Source: Patescibacteria group bacterium
GTDB taxonomy: Bacteria; Patescibacteriota; Gracilibacteria; UBA1369; PNNO01
Length of the DNA stretch: 64,000 nt
Direction of reading: 5' to 3'
NCBI GenBank assembly: GCA_042568575.1
Contig: JBHPIO010000001.1
Location: 96,001-160,000 of the forward strand
Position numbers and translations under genes: made by a program. The notes beneath the pieces are model-generated. The model was not told the DNA's origin and ran no database searches. It worked only from the letters and a program-made list of their open reading frames with translations. Positions 57,919 through 64,000 of this stretch are shown here, piece by piece; the first letter of the stretch is position 1; every line of letters begins with the position of its first letter.

Positions 57919-59226
57919 ATGAACTCTGATTCTTACAACCTCGGAAATATTGCTGCTGTGATTGGTACCCAATGGGGCGACGAGGGTAAAGGAAAACTGG
58001 TTGATATATTATCTGAAAAATACGACATCATTGCTCGTGCAACTGGAGGAGCAAATGCAGGTCATACAATATATGTTCCAAATCCTTTAAATCCTGAAGA
58101 AACTACTAAATTCGTATTCCACTTGGTTCCATCAGGCATTATTCACGAGGGAAAGATCGCGATAATCGGGAACGGACTTGTTGTTCATCTACCGGCTCTT
58201 TTGGAAGAACTTGATACATTAAAAGAATATAAAATTGATTTAACAGGAAAGCTATTTATTTCAGACCGTGCTCATATTGTTTTTGATTATCATAGAAAAA
58301 TCGACGGACTTGAAGAAGATCAAAAAGGAGACAAGAAAGTTGGAACTACACTTAGAGGAATCGGCCCTGCATACCAAGATAAAGTAGCACGCCGTGGAGT
58401 ACGATTTGGAGAACTCTTAGATTTTGATAAATTCTCTGAACACGTTAGAAGCACTTTTGTTCAACTTCAACGAATGCATAAAGATCTTAAGCACGATATC
58501 GAAAAAGAACTCGAAGAAATTCGAAAAATGCTTGGATTCCTAAGACCCTTCATCATTGATACTGCGCTTTATCTACACAAAGCCAACAAAGAAGGAAAAA
58601 CTATTTTAATTGAAGGAGCAAATGGAACTCATCTTGATATCGACCACGGAACTTATCCGTTTGTGACATCTTCAAACCCTACATCTGGAGGGCTTCACAC
58701 AGGACTTGGAATTGGAGCAAACAAAATCAATAGTGTTGTTGGAATAATGAAAGCATACACAACAAGAGTTGGAGGAGGAGTATTCCCTACCGAGCTTCAC
58801 GATGACCTTGGAGAAGCAATTCGCCAAAAAGGTGGTGAATTCGGTGCAACAACCGGACGTCCACGAAGATGCGGATGGTTCGATGCCGTTGTTGGAAGAT
58901 ACGCTGTTATGATAAACGGACTTACCTCAGTTAACTTAACTAAACTTGATATCCTGGATGATCTTGAGAAAATCAAAATCTGCACAGGGTACAAGTACAA
59001 AGGAAATCAACTCGAATCAATGCCTCCAACAATTCCAATGTACGAAGATCTAGAACTTGAATACATGGAAATGGATGGATGGATGGAAGATACATCTAAA
59101 GCAAAAACATTCGAAGACCTTCCTGAGAACGCTCAAAAATATGTTCTCAAACTTGAAGAACTTGTTGAATGCCCTATGCAATTTATCGGTGTTGGAGTAC
59201 GAAGAGATCAAATGATTGTTAGATAG
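57919..59226 (+). CDS. purA: adenylosuccinate synthetase
   Basis: QWGDEGKGK, GGANAGHT, GTT.RGIGP.Y, GTYPFVTSS, KAYTTRVG, TTGRPRRCGW. Confidence 0.97.
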   Translation: MNSDSYNLGNIAAVIGTQWGDEGKGKLVDILSEKYDIIARATGGANAGHTIYVPNPLNPEETTKFVFHLVPSGIIHEGKIAIIGNGLVVHLPALLEELDTLKEYKIDLTGKLFISDRAHIVFDYHRKIDGLEEDQKGDKKVGTTLRGIGPAYQDKVARRGVRFGELLDFDKFSEHVRSTFVQLQRMHKDLKHDIEKELEEIRKMLGFLRPFIIDTALYLHKANKEGKTILIEGANGTHLDIDHGTYPFVTSSNPTSGGLHTGLGIGANKINSVVGIMKAYTTRVGGGVFPTELHDDLGEAIRQKGGEFGATTGRPRRCGWFDAVVGRYAVMINGLTSVNLTKLDILDDLEKIKICTGYKYKGNQLESMPPTIPMYEDLELEYMEMDGWMEDTSKAKTFEDLPENAQKYVLKLEELVECPMQFIGVGVRRDQMIVR

Positions 59227-59228
59227 GC

Positions 59229-60665
59229 CTAGCTTGTTTTAAGAAGCTTATCCATATCAACATTTTCTAGTTCGCGAAGATTCTTTAGGAATCTTCCAAC
59301 ATATCTGCTGTTTGAAGTTGTTTGTCTTACAACAGTTCTAAATTCGCTTTTTCCATTATTTCTTCTCCCCTGCCAAGTCTTACCATGAAGATATTTGTCG
59401 TAGTATTTATTTGCATCAGCACTATTTGTTGGAAATAGAATTCCCTTTCTCAAATTTTCTCTATATACACGAGATCCTCCAACTCCTCGGTAATGTCTTA
59501 AATACAGCATATATCCCCACTGCCTTTTCATCATATCGTTTGGTGCATTTTTAATGTTGTCACAAATTTCTAGCATCTGGATATCCCTTCTTGAACGACG
59601 CCATCCTGCAAGGTACTGATATACGTGTGCTATTGTCTGATGGAAAACACTTAGATGTTCCGCCCTTACTCTTGGCATATCCACACCTTCAAGCGCATTG
59701 TAGTTAATCCCGGGAACTCTTCTTCTTCTAGCAATTGATTTTTGCACACCTTCGCTGCTACCTCGTCCTAAATAGTACCTTGTAAAAAGTTGAAACATTC
59801 CTCGCTCAGGACCTTTAACTTTTCTTCCACGTAATTGAGCCAAAGCCATAGGATTGTATCCAGATTCAGTACGTGCAGTAGCATCGAAATGAGCTATAAA
59901 TATTTTCCAATATCTTTTTGGAATATTGAACATTTTTAACGCAACTTTAACAGCCTCTAAATAATCATATTCCTTCTGAAAACTTTTTAATCGATCAACA
60001 ATATTCATTCTAAAACGTCTTCGCGCTTTAGCTCTTTCAGCTTTGTAGATCTTATATTGCTCCGGAGTCAATGTATCTCCCTGCCTAATTGGAAACGGTA
60101 GCGCTCCCCTTTTCCTTCTTTCCGGACGGGAAATAATTGCAGGCAGTACAACTAACGGCGCTGCTCCAGGAGTTACATATCTTGTCCGTTTTTTGGGTCT
60201 AGAAGCAATTGGTGCTGAGCCACCTGATGATCCAGGCAAATTATAGCTGCGAGCAAATTTCTTTCTTTTATCTTTATAAAAACCTTTAAAAAATTTCTTT
60301 AAAGTTGCACATTTTTTATTTCGCAATAATTCACTTTCAGTGAATTCACCAAATTTCACATCTATTGATTCAGGATAACCGCTTAACTCCGACCTTCCAC
60401 TTTTAGGGATAAGTGGGAATTTCAGCTTCATCTGAATATATAGCACATTAAAAAACATGTCATCGGATGGACTCTTAAGTCCCAAAAACTTAGCAGCCTT
60501 CTTTAAAAACTCGTTCGGCTTATGTTTAGGATGTAGCCTCGAAGCCAAATATCTTCGAGTATATGCAACTCTGCTGGCCTTGGTCTTCACCATATCCTTA
60601 TAATAAACCGATTCTTTAAGCTCGGGAGCCGATTTAGCCGATAAAACTTCAAGTCTGCTTGTCAT
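59229..60665 (-). CDS. very basic protein with a lysozyme/SLT-like domain
   Basis: ATARTESGYNP.A and G.RGMFQL resemble lytic transglycosylase motifs I and II. Confidence 0.6.
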   Translation of the reverse strand: MTSRLEVLSAKSAPELKESVYYKDMVKTKASRVAYTRRYLASRLHPKHKPNEFLKKAAKFLGLKSPSDDMFFNVLYIQMKLKFPLIPKSGRSELSGYPESIDVKFGEFTESELLRNKKCATLKKFFKGFYKDKRKKFARSYNLPGSSGGSAPIASRPKKRTRYVTPGAAPLVVLPAIISRPERRKRGALPFPIRQGDTLTPEQYKIYKAERAKARRRFRMNIVDRLKSFQKEYDYLEAVKVALKMFNIPKRYWKIFIAHFDATARTESGYNPMALAQLRGRKVKGPERGMFQLFTRYYLGRGSSEGVQKSIARRRRVPGINYNALEGVDMPRVRAEHLSVFHQTIAHVYQYLAGWRRSRRDIQMLEICDNIKNAPNDMMKRQWGYMLYLRHYRGVGGSRVYRENLRKGILFPTNSADANKYYDKYLHGKTWQGRRNNGKSEFRTVVRQTTSNSRYVGRFLKNLRELENVDMDKLLKTS

Positions 60666-60789
60666 GTTTGTTTTTATATTAGATTTCTTATCATTTTAGC
60701 AAAAAATAGCCATTTTTTCAATACCTAGCCCTCTTAAAACCTTGTATTTTACTTTTATTTCACTAAAATAGCGATGTACCAATTGTTGT

Positions 60790-60879
60790 GGGCAAGTGGC
60801 GGAATTGGTAGACGCGCTAGGTTGAGGGCCTAGTCTCCATTATTTGGAGGTGGAGGTTCAAGTCCTCTCTTGCCCACCA
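60790..60879 (+). tRNA. tRNA-Leu(GAG)
   Basis: acceptor GGGCAAG/CTTGCCC-A-CCA, anticodon arm CTAGG-TTGAGGG-CCTAG, long variable arm, TTCAA T-loop. Confidence 0.96.
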
Positions 60880-62870
60880 TTTTCTTCATCTACAATCTCC
60901 GGAACAGACTCCTTTTGTTCCTCAAAAATGCTTCTAAACTCATCATACATCAAACGAATCTCATTATCATTTGGAGCGATCTCTTTAATCAAGGAAGTAT
61001 ACATATCTTCAGCATGGAGATGATTATCAGAGTTCGTTAGCAAATATGGATTATTCTCAAGTAATTCAGAATATAATAAAAGTCTTTCTTTTAAATCATC
61101 AACATCATCCTGATTAAGCACTCCAATATGCCATTTAGAAAGCATCAAATTATGATAATATTCTAAATGATTGTGAGGATCGATAGACAGGGCTTTCTCA
61201 AAAATTTCTTTTGCTTTTTCATAATAACCAAGTTCATATAGCGCCTCCCCATAAGCATTCCAGGTTCTGTCGCTATGTGGCGAGAAATCAATAGCTTTTT
61301 CGGCAGCTTCAATCCACAATCCTTCGCCTTTCTTGGTAAGCTCCCCATCCAGATACATGATTTTGTACATATTGGCACTTTGAATTTGGAAATCTTCTTT
61401 AAACCATTTTGCATCTGCTGCTTTTTCATAATATTCAGCGGCTTTTTCAAAGTCTTTGTTAGCCTGTGCAATTCTAGCTTTTTTAACCCAAGTATCAGCG
61501 CTATACTCATGAATCGAAACAACTGATATTACCATCAAAAACAGTGTCATAGCAGTAATTGTAAGTACCTGCCAACTCTTTGAAATCTTCTTTTTTGTGA
61601 CTGGAAGTCGAGAAATAAACAAAGCTGTAAATAAACCAAGAATCGTGATATTCAAAACAAAATTTACATTGTGATCCATTGAGTTCTGAATTACACCTGC
61701 CAGAAGAATAAATCCCAAAGTCCCAACATAATACTTCTGTTCGATATTATGCTGTTGCTTTAAATAGAAATAACCCACGAAAATAATAAATAGTGCAGCA
61801 AAGATAGCAGACGGGATACCCGTCTCGCTTGCTATTCTAATAGCAAAATTATGCGGATTTGTCGCCAATAACGGAGCTTTCTGGTATTTAGGATAGAAAA
61901 ACCGAAAATTATCAGCCCCAATTCCAAAAATCGGATAATCCAAACTAAGTTTCATCCCTGCACTCTGATAATCGAACCTATCAAAAAACGAAGTGGTGTT
62001 CTCGGAAGCATCTAGATCCAAACGCTCCTCAAAATCACTAATCTCATATTGGTAACTTCTTGCTAAGTTTATAAACGATATACTTACAAAACTTACAAGG
62101 AAAATTACAAGCAAAGCTCTGATTGCTTTTCCTCTAAAAAAATCTTTACCCTTTAAGGCATTCTGAAGTTGCACCCCAATAAAAACAAGTGAAAGCACAA
62201 GCAGTGCGATTAGGGAGGAACGCGAGAACGCAAGGAAGAAGGCGGAAAAAATTACTATCGAGCTAATATAAAAATAAAGTTTATGTACTGTTATTTGCCG
62301 AGAAGATGCCTGATTAAACAAATAAAGAATCTGAATTGGAATAATCAGTATGAGGAAAAATGCAAATGCATTTGGAAAAAGTTGTTTAGTTTGTCCAACA
62401 TTAGCAACAAAGGGACCAATAACTCGATCAAAAGGAAAATAGATATATCTATAGATTCCATATAGGGAAAACAAAAACGCAACAACACATAGACAGCGGA
62501 AAATACATCTTAGATGAACTTTTCCCCACGGAATTGTGACACTTCCTAATATCACAAAATTCATTGAAAAAAACAGGATAAGATCTTTAAATCCAAACGG
62601 ACTAAAAGGAGGGACAAAATAACCGATAAATACAAAAAGCGCCCAAGTAAAAAGCGCTATAAGGGCGGGATTGTATGTTTTTACTAGTTTCCAATTCTTA
62701 TTTGGAATAAGAAGCCAAAACGCAAAAAGTGGAATTGTCGCAAATGCCCATAGAGAAACAGAATAGAAAGTATATCCGGCATCAACAAAAGTTGCTAAAA
62801 CAGCCGAAGCAATCAAAGTTAGTATATACAAATAAACTGCTTTTTGTTGAAGTAATTTCAGGTATTTCAT
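60858..62870 (-). CDS. O-antigen ligase family membrane protein with C-terminal TPR repeats
   Basis: PNAFA, FSRS, P.FGIG..NF, PHN..E.G, then TPR helices (AWNAYG-like W..YG..LY.LG.YEKA..F.KAL..DP). Confidence 0.85.
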   Translation of the reverse strand: MKYLKLLQQKAVYLYILTLIASAVLATFVDAGYTFYSVSLWAFATIPLFAFWLLIPNKNWKLVKTYNPALIALFTWALFVFIGYFVPPFSPFGFKDLILFFSMNFVILGSVTIPWGKVHLRCIFRCLCVVAFLFSLYGIYRYIYFPFDRVIGPFVANVGQTKQLFPNAFAFFLILIIPIQILYLFNQASSRQITVHKLYFYISSIVIFSAFFLAFSRSSLIALLVLSLVFIGVQLQNALKGKDFFRGKAIRALLVIFLVSFVSISFINLARSYQYEISDFEERLDLDASENTTSFFDRFDYQSAGMKLSLDYPIFGIGADNFRFFYPKYQKAPLLATNPHNFAIRIASETGIPSAIFAALFIIFVGYFYLKQQHNIEQKYYVGTLGFILLAGVIQNSMDHNVNFVLNITILGLFTALFISRLPVTKKKISKSWQVLTITAMTLFLMVISVVSIHEYSADTWVKKARIAQANKDFEKAAEYYEKAADAKWFKEDFQIQSANMYKIMYLDGELTKKGEGLWIEAAEKAIDFSPHSDRTWNAYGEALYELGYYEKAKEIFEKALSIDPHNHLEYYHNLMLSKWHIGVLNQDDVDDLKERLLLYSELLENNPYLLTNSDNHLHAEDMYTSLIKEIAPNDNEIRLMYDEFRSIFEEQKESVPEIVDEENGGQERT

Positions 62871-62979
62871 TGTATCCGCATTGTAGCAAAATTACACTTT
62901 GGCAACAATTTTATATTGCAACAATCGCTGAAAAATGATAAAAAAGATCGTGCAACTTCAGAAACTTGAAATTGATCAT

Positions 62980-63056
62980 GGGCGATTAGCTCAGTTGGCT
63001 AGAGCACCTGGTTTACACCCAGGGGGTCGTAGGTTCGAATCCTACATCGCCCACCA
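62980..63056 (+). tRNA. tRNA-Val(TAC)
   Basis: acceptor GGGCGAT/ATCGCCC-A-CCA, anticodon arm CCTGG-TTTACAC-CCAGG, GTTCGAATC T-loop. Confidence 0.97.
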
Positions 63057-63068
63057 AAAAAAGTTCAC

Positions 63069-63098
63069 AAAGTAGAAAAAGTTGTTTCTGCTTTTTTT
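63069..63098 (+). terminator. intrinsic terminator after tRNA-Val
   Basis: AAGTAGAAA/TTTCTGCTT hairpin (one G-U pair) followed by a T run. Confidence 0.55.
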
Positions 63099-63246
63099 GA
63101 TATACGCAAATTTATTTTCATGGAGCTCATTAATAAACGAAGTGCGAACTGGTAATGCAATATAATAGCTCCGAACAACGTATGAAATTCGAACCAATTT
63201 TTTCCAAAATAAAGTCTATAAAATGGGAATATGTTAAAATATTTCC

Positions 63247-64000
63247 ATGAGCTTAAAAAAGTACAACATCAAATCCAAGAATATTCCAATAATGTACGCG
63301 ACTACAGTAATTGGGGGTATGCTGTTCTTTCTACCTGTAATTGCACTTTATTATGAAGAAACTCTTTTTTCAGTTACTAATGTTGCATTAATTTTTGCTG
63401 TTGAATATTTTGCTTCAGTGATTTTTGAAGTTCCAACAGGTGCAATTGCTGACCTTTTTGGAAGAAGAAAAACAATTATTTTAGATCATTTTATAACTTT
63501 AATAGCTTTAGTATTTTTATTTATTGGAGGGAGTATGACAATGTTCATACTTTATGCAGTTTTTAATGCTCTAGCAATGAGTCTTGCTAGTGGAACAGAT
63601 AGCGCACTCATTTACGATTCACTAAAAGAAGAAGGTAAAGAAAAACACTATAAAAAAATTATTGGTACTTATCATGCATTGTGGCCTTTAGGTGCTTCAA
63701 TAGGATCAATAATAGGTGGATATTTAGCAGCAGTATCTTTAAATTTTCCAGTTTTGATTACATTTATTCCAATTACAATTGCTCTAATTTTCACTTTCTT
63801 CCTTAAAGAACCTAAATATGAAAAAGAGGGACATAAAAATATTTTTAAACAAATGTTTCATTCTTCAAAATTTATACTCAATAATGGTCAAATAATTATT
63901 TTGATATTAGCCGGATTTTTATTCTTTGGATTTGGAGAATCAATGCATCATTTAAGTCCTTTATTTTTCAAATTTCATGAAATCCCTATAATTTATTTTG
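63247..64000 (+). CDS. MFS transporter (truncated by the window end; absent from the ORF track)
   Basis: open frame from ATG at 63247; FEVPTGAIADLFGRRK motif A, SGTDSALIYDSL, several TM helices. Confidence 0.9.
   Translation, partial: MSLKKYNIKSKNIPIMYATTVIGGMLFFLPVIALYYEETLFSVTNVALIFAVEYFASVIFEVPTGAIADLFGRRKTIILDHFITLIALVFLFIGGSMTMFILYAVFNALAMSLASGTDSALIYDSLKEEGKEKHYKKIIGTYHALWPLGASIGSIIGGYLAAVSLNFPVLITFIPITIALIFTFFLKEPKYEKEGHKNIFKQMFHSSKFILNNGQIIILILAGFLFFGFGESMHHLSPLFFKFHEIPIIYF

Noticed and set aside
1-64000. CRISPR array, IS element, rRNA, or TGA recoding (code 25)
   Set aside because: No regularly spaced repeats, transposase or rRNA seen; TGA terminates genes, e.g. the ATGA overlap at 22480-22483

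Overview
An AT-rich bacterial chromosomal window. The gene repertoire (TrmB regulator, VirD4-like ATPase, SLH proteins, secG beside an orphan binding protein, type IV pilus cluster, few Shine-Dalgarno motifs) suggests Patescibacteria/CPR, probably Peregrinibacteria-like. That assignment is inference. TGA is used as a stop (code 11). Housekeeping genes include rluD, tyrS, recG, gatB, coaE, fmt, ssb, ribE, ribH, pgk, thrC, msrBA, ruvX, rplI, secG, ileS, purB/E/C and purA, plus tRNA-Leu(GAG) and tRNA-Val(TAC). A type IV pilus operon lies between pabB and pabA. Most notable: (1) a head-to-head pair of Elp3 and a Trm9/ALKBH8-like methyltransferase, a candidate eukaryote/archaeal-type mcm5U34 tRNA pathway in a bacterium; (2) four separate high-GC gene islets, each with a consensus sigma70 promoter and strong SD sequences that the housekeeping genes checked lack, with no mobility genes; (3) an ileS T-box with an actinobacterial-type ultrashort Stem I but a transcription terminator; (4) a ThrC fused to a LeuA regulatory domain, a stand-alone hairpin sRNA candidate, a basic lytic-transglycosylase-like protein and an ssrA-tag-like acidic protein. 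No CRISPR array, transposase or integrase was seen.
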